Shown here piece by piece: positions 39,590 to 49,271 of a stretch of DNA of 64,000 nt. The notes below the pieces were generated by a model. That model saw only the letters and a program-made list of their open reading frames with translations, did not search any database and had not been told where the DNA came from. A program made the position numbers and the translations under genes. Origin of the DNA: an uncultured Gemmataceae bacterium (GTDB lineage Bacteria; Planctomycetota; Planctomycetia; Gemmatales; Gemmataceae); contig CAVVPN010000004.1 in assembly GCA_963750165.1 (NCBI GenBank), forward strand, positions 928,001 to 992,000. The letters are read 5' to 3'. How positions within the stretch are numbered: position 1 is the stretch's first letter; every line of letters starts with the position of its first letter.

Positions 39590-39977
39590 GCAGCGCCAGC
39601 AGGTCGTCAGGGGCGTTGTCGGCCGCGGCGACCTCGCCCAACTGGACGCGGCGGCGGGCGCCGCCGTGCTTCGCGGTCTGCTTGCGGCGGGCGTTGTCGA
39701 TGAGGACACGGCGCATGGCCTCGGCCGCGGCGGCGAAGAAGTGGCCGCGGTGGTCCCAGCGCGGCTCCTCCCCCCGCTCACGCAGGGGGCTCGCCACCAG
39801 GCGCAGGTACGCTTCGTGAACCAGGGCCGTGGCGTCCAGCGTCTGCCCGGGGCGCTCCAGGGCCAGGCGCTGTGCCGCCAGCTGGCGCAGCTGGTCGTAG
39901 ACCAGCGGCAGCAGTTCGCCGGCGGCGTGCGGGTCTCCCTGTTCCAGGGCGTTCAGCAGACGCGTCACCTCGGTCAT
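39590..39977 (-). pseudogene. ECF sigma factor (TIGR02999-type), truncated before region 4
   Basis: MTEVTRLL...LLPLVYDQLRQLA...TLDATALVHEAYLRL...HFFAAAAEAMRRVLID.ARRK..KHGG; homology stops at DDLLAL, at the element boundary. Confidence 0.88.
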
Positions 39978-40053
39978 GCGACCCAGGATAACAGCGATTC
40001 AGCAGACCGGCAATGGGTTCGTCGAGGGGGCAGGAGAGGCGGGTCGGTTGCGG

Positions 40054-40995
40054 TCACGCCTCCCAGCCGGGCAGGAACGGTTGATAGAACGATGGCGGCG
40101 GCGGGGCGGAGCGGGGGCGCGGCGGCGAGCGGCGCCGCGCGGGCCGGGGCGCCGGCGTGCCGACCGTCAGCGTCGGGCCGGCCTGGTCCTGCGCGGCGGT
40201 GTGGACCTCGACGGTCGCTTCGGCTGCGGCCAGCGCCTCCCGCGCCACGGTCTGCGCCAGCGCCGGCCGGTTGCAGTCGCGGCTCAGGTGCAGTTGCACC
40301 AAATGCCGCAGCCGGCCCGGCTCCGAGTGCCGCAGCACCTCACGCACCAGCGCCGCCGCCTGGACGTTCGACAGATGGCCGTCGTCGCCGAGCACCCGGG
40401 CCACCAACTGCGGCGACCGGCCGCTGGCCCGCTCCAGCGCCACGTCATGGTTGAACTCCAGGGCCAGCACGTCCGCGTCGGCCATCGCCTGCGCCAGCTC
40501 GGGGTGCCAGCAGCCGAGGTCCGCGGCGTACACCAGCACGACCGACTGACGGAACAGGTCCGTGGCGCCCTCGAAGCGGAAGCCACACGTCAGGCCGCCG
40601 TCGTGCCGCAGTCGCAGCGGCCGGCAGGTTAGCGTCGGCGCCAGCGTCAACTCCTCGCCGACGGCGTAGTCGCGCACCAGGCCGGCGGCCTGCAACTTCG
40701 GGAAGGCCGGGCAGTACGTCCGCAGCACGGCGTGGTGTTCGGGGTGGCAATACAGGGGGATGTTGAGTTTGAGCAGGTGGGAGAGTGTGGTCTGGTTCCA
40801 GTGGTCGCTGTGGGTGTGCGTCAGCAGAATGGCGCGGACGGCCTTCCAGGTAGCGCGGGCCGACGCCAGGCGGGCGGCCAGCTGCCGCGGTCCCAGGCCC
40901 ACGTCGAGCAGGACGCCGAAACCGTCCGCGTCCAGCAGACTCGCGTTGCCACCACTCCCACTGGCCAGCACGGTGAACTGCAACGGCATCCGCAT
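40054..40995 (-). CDS. MBL-fold metallo-hydrolase (YycJ/WalJ-like)
   Basis: LASGSGGNA, THTHSDH, RHD, ADLG, LEFNHD, GHLSN, HLSRDCN. Confidence 0.9.
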   Translation of the reverse strand: MRMPLQFTVLASGSGGNASLLDADGFGVLLDVGLGPRQLAARLASARATWKAVRAILLTHTHSDHWNQTTLSHLLKLNIPLYCHPEHHAVLRTYCPAFPKLQAAGLVRDYAVGEELTLAPTLTCRPLRLRHDGGLTCGFRFEGATDLFRQSVVLVYAADLGCWHPELAQAMADADVLALEFNHDVALERASGRSPQLVARVLGDDGHLSNVQAAALVREVLRHSEPGRLRHLVQLHLSRDCNRPALAQTVAREALAAAEATVEVHTAAQDQAGPTLTVGTPAPRPARRRSPPRPRSAPPPPSFYQPFLPGWEA

Positions 40996-41071
40996 CCCCT
41001 CAAAAATCCTTTCCGCTCATGGTACAATGCCGGCCGGCCCGTGTCAGGAGCAACCGCGCAGGAGCCTCGTC

Positions 41072-41860
41072 GTGGACCATCTTCCCCCCCATCATGCCAC
41101 CGAACGCTTCACGGGGTTAGCCCAGTTGTACGCGCAGAGCCGGCCCGGCTACCCCGCCGCGGCCCTCGACCACCTGCTGACGCGCTGCGGACTCCGCCCC
41201 GGGGCGGTGGCGGTGGACGTCGGCTGCGGCACCGGCATCTCCAGCCGACTCCTGGCGGAGCGCGGCCTGCGCGTCGTCGGCATCGAACCCAACGCCGACA
41301 TGCGCCGCCAGGCGGAGGCGTCCACCGAAGCGTTGCCGCCGGGCGTGCCGGCCCCGGAGTACCGCGACGGCCGGGCGGAGGCGACGGGGCTGCCCGAAGG
41401 CGCGGCCGACGTGGTGGTGGCGGCCCAGGCGTTTCACTGGTTCGACGCCGACCGGGCGCTGCGCGAGTTCCACCGCATACTGAAGCCGGGCGGCTGGGTG
41501 GCGCTGCTGAACTACGAGCGCGACGAGACGGACGCCTGCACGGCGGCGTTCGGGGCGGTGCTGGGCGGGACGCCGGAGGCGGCGGCCGTCGAGGGGCCGC
41601 GGGCTCGCGCCGCGGAAGCGCTGTTGACGCACGCGCGGTTCACGGACGCGGAGCGGCGCGTCTTCGGCGACCGGCAGGAGCTGGACGAGGAGGGCTTGCT
41701 GGGGCGGGCGTTCTCGGCGTCGTACGCGCCGAAGGAACCGGCGACTGTGGAGCGGTTCGCGGTGGACCTGCGAGCGGTGTTCGCGCGCTACCAGCAGAGC
41801 GGCCGGGTGACGCTGCGCTACGCCACGGCGGTGTTCAGCGCCCGGCGGCGCGGCGACTGA
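41072..41860 (+). CDS. Class I SAM-dependent methyltransferase
   Basis: RF...Y..SRPGYP, DVGCGTGIS, IEPNADM, AQAFHWF, RILKPGG. Confidence 0.9.
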   Translation: MDHLPPHHATERFTGLAQLYAQSRPGYPAAALDHLLTRCGLRPGAVAVDVGCGTGISSRLLAERGLRVVGIEPNADMRRQAEASTEALPPGVPAPEYRDGRAEATGLPEGAADVVVAAQAFHWFDADRALREFHRILKPGGWVALLNYERDETDACTAAFGAVLGGTPEAAAVEGPRARAAEALLTHARFTDAERRVFGDRQELDEEGLLGRAFSASYAPKEPATVERFAVDLRAVFARYQQSGRVTLRYATAVFSARRRGD

Positions 41861-41876
41861 CGCCGGCTGAGGACGC

Positions 41877-41972
41877 CTGGAGCGGTTCACGAATGGCAGG
41901 CGCACACGACGTGGCACGGCTCTGGAGAGCCGTGCCACGGTTTGTGGTCCACGCGCTGGCGAACCGCGCTAG
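41877..41972. mobile_element. MITE-like element with a REP-like hairpin interior
   Basis: Ends CTGGAGCGGTTCACG and GCGAACCGCGCTAG; interior GTGGCACGGCTCTGGAGAGCCGTGCCAC. Confidence 0.7.
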
Positions 41973-43165
41973 TTCCGCACCAGGCGGCGGAACAGCCCTA
42001 GCGCGATGACGGCCATGATCGTGTCGGCGGCCCAGACCGCCGTGGCAATCGACACCTTGCCCGACTTCGCCAGGTTGATGCCGCACAGCATCAGCGGATA
42101 ATACAGAAACACGATCGGCAAGAAGCAGGTGATGAAGGCACTCAGATAGTCGCTCTTGCTGAACCAGATGCCGACCGGACAGCCAACCAGCACGAAGCAC
42201 AAACAACCCACGCCCAGCGCCAAGCGCATGTGCTGCTCGACCTCCAGCTGGCGATCCTCGTTGATCTTCGCCTGGCGCAGCGCCCGCATGTTCGTCACGT
42301 GCTCGGCCACCTTCTCCGGCGGCTGCGACAGGAACTCCTTGCCCTCGTTCAGCGCCACCTCGGCCTCCAACCGCTCCACCTGCTCGGCCAGTGTCTCCCG
42401 CGTCTCCGTCAGCTCGTCCCAGGTCATGTCGGCGCCGCGCTGCTTCTGCGGCATGCCCAGGTCCGGCGACAGCTCCACTGGCCACACCTTGTCGAAGACG
42501 TAGCCCATGTCGCCGTTCGAGGTGGAGTAGTGGCAGATGTGCATGTGGACGTGGACCAGGTTGTGGGCCATGTCCACGCGTAACTCCGCCTCGCGCGCCT
42601 GGGCGATCACGTCGTAACGCAGCGTGTTGGGGTCGCGGCGCATGAACAGCGCCTCCTGCAGTTTGCGGCCCTGCACGCGCTTGACGTGCATCTCATAGTT
42701 CGCCTTCGGGTGGCGAATGCAGCCGTCGCGCTTGAGCATGCCGTAGAGCAGTTCTTCCACGTCGTTGATGAACATGGTGCGCATCATGTGGTGCGTCATG
42801 GGGATGACCTGATAATACAGCCCCCAGGTGACGACGGTCATGATCAGACCGAGCAGCACGCCCGGCCAGACGACGCGCAGAACGTTGACGCCGGCCGCCT
42901 TGATCGCCAGGATTTCGTTGTCGTGCGCCAGCCGGCCGTAGACCACGCAGGTGGCGAACAGCGTTGTGGCCGGCAGCGTGTAGGGCAGCGTGCTGGGGAT
43001 GATGAGCGGCATGACGGCGATGATCTGAAACGGGCCGAGGCCATGTTGCGACGCCTCGGCGACCATGCCGGCCATGAGCAGGATGCCGGTGATGACCAGC
43101 AACGCCATCAAGAAGACGCGGAACAGCTCCCACAGAATCATGCGACTCAAGATGCTGAAGAACAC
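41969..43165 (-). CDS. LptF/LptG family permease
   Basis: LPYTLPATTLFA..VYGRLAHDNEILAIKAAGV; CLCFVLVGCPVGI; six-TM layout; start approximate. Confidence 0.9.
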   Translation of the reverse strand: MFFSILSRMILWELFRVFLMALLVITGILLMAGMVAEASQHGLGPFQIIAVMPLIIPSTLPYTLPATTLFATCVVYGRLAHDNEILAIKAAGVNVLRVVWPGVLLGLIMTVVTWGLYYQVIPMTHHMMRTMFINDVEELLYGMLKRDGCIRHPKANYEMHVKRVQGRKLQEALFMRRDPNTLRYDVIAQAREAELRVDMAHNLVHVHMHICHYSTSNGDMGYVFDKVWPVELSPDLGMPQKQRGADMTWDELTETRETLAEQVERLEAEVALNEGKEFLSQPPEKVAEHVTNMRALRQAKINEDRQLEVEQHMRLALGVGCLCFVLVGCPVGIWFSKSDYLSAFITCFLPIVFLYYPLMLCGINLAKSGKVSIATAVWAADTIMAVIALGLFRRLVRN

Positions 43166-43311
43166 AACGCCTCCCCACAGCAGTGCGCGGCGCTGCCTGC
43201 GTGCGCCGCGTTGAACCGACCTTCCCCGCAAGGCTCCCCCCAGGAGGCGGCTGCCCTGCCTCTTCTCTTTTCGGCCGCCAACTGGGCAGACCTTGAGGGT
43301 TGTTCCGAAAA

Positions 43312-43401
43312 AGAGGTCAGAGGTCAGAGGTCAGAAGTCCGGTTGTCTTTTCTGCCGCTTGCGGCTTAGCGCTGACTTCTGACTTCTGACCTCTGACTTC
43401 T
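43312..43401. repeat. Inverted heptamer arrays (AGA(G/A)GTC)x4 ... (TGAC(T/C)TC)x4 enclosing a family-A REP unit
   Basis: Directly visible at 43312-43339 and 43373-43400. Confidence 0.85.
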
Positions 43402-46400
43402 CATTTCTTCTCCTCCGGCCGGCCGAACACGCTCTGGCGCAGTGCGCAGCAGTGGCTCGACCAGGCCCGGCACTGGCACCTTTGAGAACAGCAAGTCCTC
43501 CGCGCGACCGCCGACCTTGCCGCGCACCTCGATCTTGAGCAGGTTCTTGCTGAAGGCCGACGGCAGCGTGCCCACCGCCGGCGGCAACAGCCCGATCCGC
43601 GCCCAGCCCGGGTAAAAGTCCAGATGCACGTCCGTGCCGTCCAGGTTCACCGCCCCCTCGCCCCACACACTCACCGCGTTGCCCGTCAGGTCCAGCCGTC
43701 CAAACGTCACACGCTTGCCCTGAACGTTGAACGTCGCGTGCGCCTCGTCGAAGGCGGTGCGATCCGGCCAGCGCAGGCCCAGGAACTTCAGCAGATCGAG
43801 CAACAGCGGCAGGTTGTACAACTTGGTCGTCGGGCTGTACGGCACGTCGATACTGCCGTTGCCGGCCAGCGTCTCGACACCGTCGCTCTGGCCGGTCAGG
43901 TGCAGCTGCGCCGCGGCCAGGCCGCTCAGCTGGTGGTCCGGCCCAAAATTGTGCCGGCCGAACTCCGATAACTGGACCTGCGAGGCCGTCAAATGCAGCT
44001 CGTAGTTCAACCGCCGGGGGCCGAACTCCACCCGAGCCTGGCCCGTCACGTCGCCGCCGAACAGCGGCGCCCGCAGTCCCAGCAGCAGCGTATCCGGCGC
44101 CTTCTCCCACACCTGGAAGTTGACGTGCAGATCGTGGAACGGCTGGTTGAACACCGTCACCTTCTCCAGCACTGCGTTGCCGTTGACGCCCTTGAGCTGG
44201 AAGCCGTCGTACAGCCCCTGGCAGCCGATGCAGCCGGTCACCTCGCTAACATCAATGCCAAGGTTCGCCGCCGTCTTGTGCAGCCACAGCGTGCCGTCCC
44301 AGTACACCTGCGGTTGCGACCCGGGGGCGCCGGACTGCGCGACCACCACCCGGCCCTGCACCGCGAACGGCTCCGCCAGCTTCAGGGCGTCCCAGGTGCC
44401 GCGCATCGCCTTCGGCAGCGCCGCCGCCAGGTCCGCGTCCGGCAGCACCGGGTTGCCGATCAACTGCTTCAGGTCCGCCCGATAGCCGCCGCCCGGCACC
44501 ACATCCACGATCACTTCGTCCAGGCTGAGCAGCGTCCGCTGATGGCGGGCAGTCAGGTTTTTGGCCACGATCTGGTTCTTGTAGTAGCGGAGGCTGCCGC
44601 ACAGGTCGTGCAGGTCGTAGTGGATGGATTCCGGGTGCAGGGCGATGCCCCGCAGCTCCAGCGCCAGGTCCAGGTCTGGCGCCTGGCCGGGAAGCTTGTC
44701 GATGCGGGCGCCGAAGTTCACACGGCCATCCGGGCCGAACATCTTCCATCCCTCGGCGACGCTGGGCACCTTTTCCAGGGCTTTCTTCAACTCCGCGTCC
44801 AGCAGAATGTTCTTGCCGGAAATGTCGATAACGAGCCGCGGCTCCGGCGGCAGCGGGGCGCCGTTCGGCAGCGGCACCGAGCCGCCGCGTACCCAGATGG
44901 TGCCGCCGTTGTGGCTGGCCTGGCAGTCGTGAAAAACGTAATGCGTCGGATACAGGTCGAGCTTGCCGGTCGCCTGCTCCATCGGTAACGGCAGCGCCTC
45001 CCAGTTCACCGTGGCGTCGTAGACATGGGCGTGATAGGTATTGAAGAAATCCATCGTGCCGGGCTGGTGGCGGAAGTGGCCCTGCAGGTTCACCTTGCCG
45101 GTCGCGCGGAACGACCGCGCCAGTGGCTGCATCGCGGCGGGCAGTGCCTGGAGCAGCTTTTCGTCCAGCGGCATGGCCCGAATGTCCAGGTCGAGGGCCA
45201 CGTCGGCGGCCTGGTTGAAGTTCCGCCAGGTGCCCTTGAGGGTGATCGGCTGCTCGTCGGTCGAGCCCTTCAGATCGACGGTGATGAGGCCCGCGAGCAG
45301 ATCGTAACTCAGACTGCCGGTAACGTTGCCGACCGGGTAGGGCAGTTCCTGATAGCACAGGTGGGCCTTCTTCGGTTGCAGCGACCACAGGTGCTTGACC
45401 CACTCGCCGCCGCGGCGTTCGCCGTCGAAGGTCAGCAGTGCCGGCCCCTCCGGACGGAACATCGGATACAGGCCCTTGACCTCGGACGGCAACCGATCAA
45501 ACAGGACGGGGCACAGCTGGAGCAGGTCCACCGAGAGCGTGGCCCGGAAGTCCTGGTCGAGGTGCGGCAGCCGGGCGGTGCCGTGCGCCCGCAGCGTGGC
45601 GCAGCCGGACGTGGCCTTCAACTCCTCCAGCGTCAGGACGCCGTTGACGCAGCGCGCCGCCACCTCCAGGTTATCCAGCGGCAGCGGCAGCGACGGGTGC
45701 CGCACCTTGCCCTGGCGCACCCGGCAGCGCAGGTCATACGTCCAGGGGCTGGCGGCGGTGGGCTGAAAGCGGAAATCGCCGCGGATCTCGGCGTGGCCCT
45801 CGACCTCCAGGCCGGACAGGTGGCCCTCGGGGCAGTAGCAGGCCAGGCGCTGCACCAACCGCTTGACCAGCGGCAGGCCCTGGGCCTCAATGGTCAGTTC
45901 GACCTGACGGGTGTCGCGCCGCCAGGTGCCGCGCAGCCGCACCTCGCCCAGCGTCTCGGAGGTGCCGCCGCCGTCCACGACCACGGTGTGCAGCGGATCG
46001 TTAACAACGGTCAGGTTGACGTCGCTGATTTCCAGAGGCGGAATGCCGGCGGCGGCCTGGCGGTCCTCCAGGACGAAGGTGCCCTGGTGGATGACCAGCG
46101 TCGGCAGCGGTTCGTGGTCGCCCTCCTCGGCAACGGCGAACAGGCCTTCCAGGTTCCAGTGGCCGTCACGGTTGCGGACCAGGCGAACGCGCGGCCGGTG
46201 GAACTCGACCTTGCGTAACGCCACCTTGCCATCGAGGAGGTGTTCCTTGTCGTGGTAGACGACCGCGGAGGGGACGTAGAGCAGATCGGTCTTGTCGGGG
46301 TCATCGCGACGGACGAGGCGGAGTTCGGTCAGGACAATGCCGCCGAGGATGCGCAGCCGGGCGGCGTCGAGGGTGACGATGGCCCCAGGGAACTGGGCCT

Positions 46401-46530
46401 GTAACTTCTCGATGACCTGCTGGCGCACCGCTGTCGGGTCGGTGAAGCGCTGATAGAGCAGCCCCGCGCCGACGCCACAGGCGACCACGCCGAAGACCAG
46501 ACTTCGGACCAGCCACTTCCGCCACGACAT
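43366..46530 (-). CDS. AsmA-like protein (N-terminal anchor, repeated beta-groove, AsmA-like C-terminus)
   Basis: 1054 aa, N-terminal TM, HWNLEGL, beta-rich; LYNLPLLLDLLKFL...AFD...G.G.VNLDG. Confidence 0.8.
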   Translation of the reverse strand: MSWRKWLVRSLVFGVVACGVGAGLLYQRFTDPTAVRQQVIEKLQAQFPGAIVTLDAARLRILGGIVLTELRLVRRDDPDKTDLLYVPSAVVYHDKEHLLDGKVALRKVEFHRPRVRLVRNRDGHWNLEGLFAVAEEGDHEPLPTLVIHQGTFVLEDRQAAAGIPPLEISDVNLTVVNDPLHTVVVDGGGTSETLGEVRLRGTWRRDTRQVELTIEAQGLPLVKRLVQRLACYCPEGHLSGLEVEGHAEIRGDFRFQPTAASPWTYDLRCRVRQGKVRHPSLPLPLDNLEVAARCVNGVLTLEELKATSGCATLRAHGTARLPHLDQDFRATLSVDLLQLCPVLFDRLPSEVKGLYPMFRPEGPALLTFDGERRGGEWVKHLWSLQPKKAHLCYQELPYPVGNVTGSLSYDLLAGLITVDLKGSTDEQPITLKGTWRNFNQAADVALDLDIRAMPLDEKLLQALPAAMQPLARSFRATGKVNLQGHFRHQPGTMDFFNTYHAHVYDATVNWEALPLPMEQATGKLDLYPTHYVFHDCQASHNGGTIWVRGGSVPLPNGAPLPPEPRLVIDISGKNILLDAELKKALEKVPSVAEGWKMFGPDGRVNFGARIDKLPGQAPDLDLALELRGIALHPESIHYDLHDLCGSLRYYKNQIVAKNLTARHQRTLLSLDEVIVDVVPGGGYRADLKQLIGNPVLPDADLAAALPKAMRGTWDALKLAEPFAVQGRVVVAQSGAPGSQPQVYWDGTLWLHKTAANLGIDVSEVTGCIGCQGLYDGFQLKGVNGNAVLEKVTVFNQPFHDLHVNFQVWEKAPDTLLLGLRAPLFGGDVTGQARVEFGPRRLNYELHLTASQVQLSEFGRHNFGPDHQLSGLAAAQLHLTGQSDGVETLAGNGSIDVPYSPTTKLYNLPLLLDLLKFLGLRWPDRTAFDEAHATFNVQGKRVTFGRLDLTGNAVSVWGEGAVNLDGTDVHLDFYPGWARIGLLPPAVGTLPSAFSKNLLKIEVRGKVGGRAEDLLFSKVPVPGLVEPLLRTAPERVRPAGGEEMRSQRSEVRSQR

Positions 46531-46619
46531 GCGTTACCTCGAAAGGTAACCTCGCCTCGCCTCCGCTTCCGGGTCGGAGAGCGGGCGGGATAGTACGGCA
46601 AAGGGGCGGTGGGGTCAAT

Positions 46620-46655
46620 CTCGTTCCCACGCGGAGCGTGGGACGTGGGAACGAG
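46620..46655. repeat. REP-like palindrome (CTCGTTCCCACG...CGTGGGAACGAG)
   Basis: Intergenic inverted repeat. Confidence 0.7.
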
Positions 46656-46717
46656 GGTGGCGGGCGGCGCCGCCGCTCATACAATCACGCGGAGGCAAGC
46701 CAGGGGGCCAGGGAGCG

Positions 46718-47461
46718 ATGACCATGAAACGGGCGGCGACGCTGGCGAGTGTGGTGGTGCTGATCCTCTGTGGCTGCGGCCAGCAGGCGGAGGAGGAAAA
46801 GTCGGAAAAGAAGAGCACCCGGGAGCCGAAAGAAAAGGCGGTGATCGGCGGGTATAGCGCCCTGTCCGTGGCGCCCGACTTCAAGGAGACCACCGAAAAA
46901 ACCCCCGCCGAGGTGATCGTCATCGGCGACGGCAACACTTACCTTGCGCTGTATGTGTACGACCGGCACGGCAACTGTGTGGCGCATGACGAGGGCACGG
47001 ATCGCATCCGCGACGACCTGGCCGCCGGCTGGGTGTCCGCCGACGGTCAGACATACGCCTTCGAGATGGTGAACCTGGGTCGGTCGGAAAATCAGGTGAA
47101 TTACAAGGTGCGTGGGCTGGCGCACAAAGTGATGCAGGACCGGAGCCCCACGAAAATGATCCGTCGCCAGGCGTTTCCTCCGAAGCGGGTGAACGGCAAC
47201 GAAGAGCGGAAGCTGGAGCCGAAAGAGTTCCAGGGGGGCCAGCGCGTCTGCATCATCTTCGAGGGCGATCACGACCCGGTCGAGGACCTGATTGTCACGG
47301 TGCTGGACGCCAAGGGGCGGGTGGTGGCCCGGGAGGATCGCGGCGGCGACCTCGGTGCGGTCATCTGGTATCCGCCCGAAGACGGGAAGTACACCATCGT
47401 GGTCAAGAACACGGGCAAGACCTGGAACGACGTGACGCTGATCGACAAGATGGGGAATTAG
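46718..47461 (+). CDS. Hypothetical lipoprotein with two PPC-like beta-sandwich domains
   Basis: Lipobox LCGC; GDGNTYLALYVYDRHGNCVAHD and GDHDPVEDLIVTVLDAKGRVVARED. Confidence 0.7.
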   Translation: MTMKRAATLASVVVLILCGCGQQAEEEKSEKKSTREPKEKAVIGGYSALSVAPDFKETTEKTPAEVIVIGDGNTYLALYVYDRHGNCVAHDEGTDRIRDDLAAGWVSADGQTYAFEMVNLGRSENQVNYKVRGLAHKVMQDRSPTKMIRRQAFPPKRVNGNEERKLEPKEFQGGQRVCIIFEGDHDPVEDLIVTVLDAKGRVVAREDRGGDLGAVIWYPPEDGKYTIVVKNTGKTWNDVTLIDKMGN

Positions 47462-47691
47462 CGCGGTTCACCGTGGCCTGGCAGACGCTTCGTAGCCAAA
47501 CCTGGCTACTGGCTTCGACGGGGTGGGCATTGGGCGCCGTTGGCGGACGGAAATCACATCCTGCTGAAATCGCAAAACTCATCCTCCGACACCGCGGCGG
47601 CCGCGGCCGTAGAATCGGCTGCGGCCGCCGCGTCGGCCCGTTATAATATCCTGACGGCCAAACGGACGGAGACACCTACCCACACTACACC

Positions 47692-48114
47692 ATGATCCAG
47701 CTGACCCGCGACCCCATCGACTACCACCGCCTGACGGAGCAGGTGCGCCGCCCCGACTGCGGTGCCGTCGTGCTGTTCCTGGGCACCGTGCGCGATCTGA
47801 CCGGCGACCGCGTGACCGTGGCCCTCGACTACGAGGCGTACCCCGGCATGGCCGAGAAGAAGCTGGCCGAGATCGAGGCGGACACGCGCAACCGTTGGCC
47901 GGTCGGCGACCTCGCCCTGATTCACCGCCTGGGCCGGCTGGAGGTGGGCGAAATCAGCGTCGCGGTGGCGGTCAGTTGCCCGCACCGGGCCGAGGCGTTC
48001 GCCGCCGGGCGTCACGCCATCGACCGGCTCAAGGAACTGGTGCCGATCTGGAAAAAGGAAAACTGGGCCGACGGCACCACTGAATGGGTCCACCCGGGGA
48101 CGGAGCACGCATGA
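47692..48114 (+). CDS. moaE: Molybdopterin synthase large subunit
   Basis: GAVVLFLGTVR, LDYEAY..MA, HRLG.L.VGE.SV, PHRAEAF, PIWKKE. Confidence 0.96.
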   Translation: MIQLTRDPIDYHRLTEQVRRPDCGAVVLFLGTVRDLTGDRVTVALDYEAYPGMAEKKLAEIEADTRNRWPVGDLALIHRLGRLEVGEISVAVAVSCPHRAEAFAAGRHAIDRLKELVPIWKKENWADGTTEWVHPGTEHA

Positions 48115-49097
48115 GCACGCTGATCGACACCTTCGGCCGCCTGCACAACAACCTCCGCATCAGCGTCACGGATCGCTGCAACCTGCGCTGCATCTACTGC
48201 ATGCAGGAGGACGTGGTGTTCATGGACCGGGCCGAGCTGCTGTCATTCGAGGAGATCACGCAGTTCGTGCGTGTGGCGGCGCCGCTGGGCATCGACAAGG
48301 TGCGGCTGACGGGCGGTGAGCCGCTGCTGCGCCGCGATCTGCCGAAGCTGGTGCGCATGCTGTGCGGCGTGCCCGGCATCCGCGACGTGGGCATCACGAC
48401 CAACGGCATCCTGCTGGCGGAGCAGGCACAGGCGCTGTACGACGCGGGACTGCGGCGTATCAACGTCAGCCTGGACACGCTCACCGAGGCGCACTTCCGC
48501 CAGCTAACGCGCCGCGACGGCCTGGAGCGCGTGATCGCCGGCATCCTGGCCGCCAAAAAAGCGGGCTTCGCGCCGGTGAAGCTCAACGCCGTGAGCATGC
48601 GCGGCATCACCGAACACGAGGTGGTGCCGTTGGCGCGCTTCGCACGTGAGCACGGCCTGGAGATGCGCTTCATCGAATACATGCCGATCGGCGCCGAGCA
48701 GTGGGAGCGCGACAAGGTGTACTACGCCCATGAGATTCTGGAGCAAATCGACCGGGACGTGGGGCCGCTGGTGCCGGCGCCCGACCAGGACCCGCGGGCG
48801 CCGGCGCAGGACTTCGTATACCTGGACGGCGGCGGCCGCGTCGGCATCATCGCGTCAATCTCGCGGCCGTTCTGTCTGAGCTGCAACCGCCTGCGCCTGA
48901 CCGCAGACGGCAAGTTGCGCAACTGTTTGTTCGCGGTCGAGGAGGCGGACGTGAAGTCGCTGCTGCGCGGTGGGGCGACGGACGAGGCGCTGGCGGCGGT
49001 GATCCGCGGCAACGTGGCGGCGAAGTGGGAGGGGCACGAGATCAACACGGCGCGGTTCATCAAGCCGCTGCGGACGATGCACAGTATCGGGGGATGA
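48111..49097 (+). CDS. moaA: GTP 3',8-cyclase
   Basis: LRISVTDRCNLRCIYCM, TGGEP, FCLSCNRLRLTADGKLRNCL, C-terminal IGG. Confidence 0.97.
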   Translation: MSTLIDTFGRLHNNLRISVTDRCNLRCIYCMQEDVVFMDRAELLSFEEITQFVRVAAPLGIDKVRLTGGEPLLRRDLPKLVRMLCGVPGIRDVGITTNGILLAEQAQALYDAGLRRINVSLDTLTEAHFRQLTRRDGLERVIAGILAAKKAGFAPVKLNAVSMRGITEHEVVPLARFAREHGLEMRFIEYMPIGAEQWERDKVYYAHEILEQIDRDVGPLVPAPDQDPRAPAQDFVYLDGGGRVGIIASISRPFCLSCNRLRLTADGKLRNCLFAVEEADVKSLLRGGATDEALAAVIRGNVAAKWEGHEINTARFIKPLRTMHSIGG

Positions 49098-49271
49098 GCA
49101 ATGAACCTGGAATTATCGGAGCCCTTGCAGCGAGCACTGGATGCCCAGCCCAATGAACCGCTGCAGCGTGGGGGCGACAACGAGGCCACCTCACGTAAAC
49201 TCGGAGCAACAACCTCTCCGCTCGGGGACAGCCAGCTGTCTTCCTGGTCTGCATGCTCAAGTGAACCAGAC

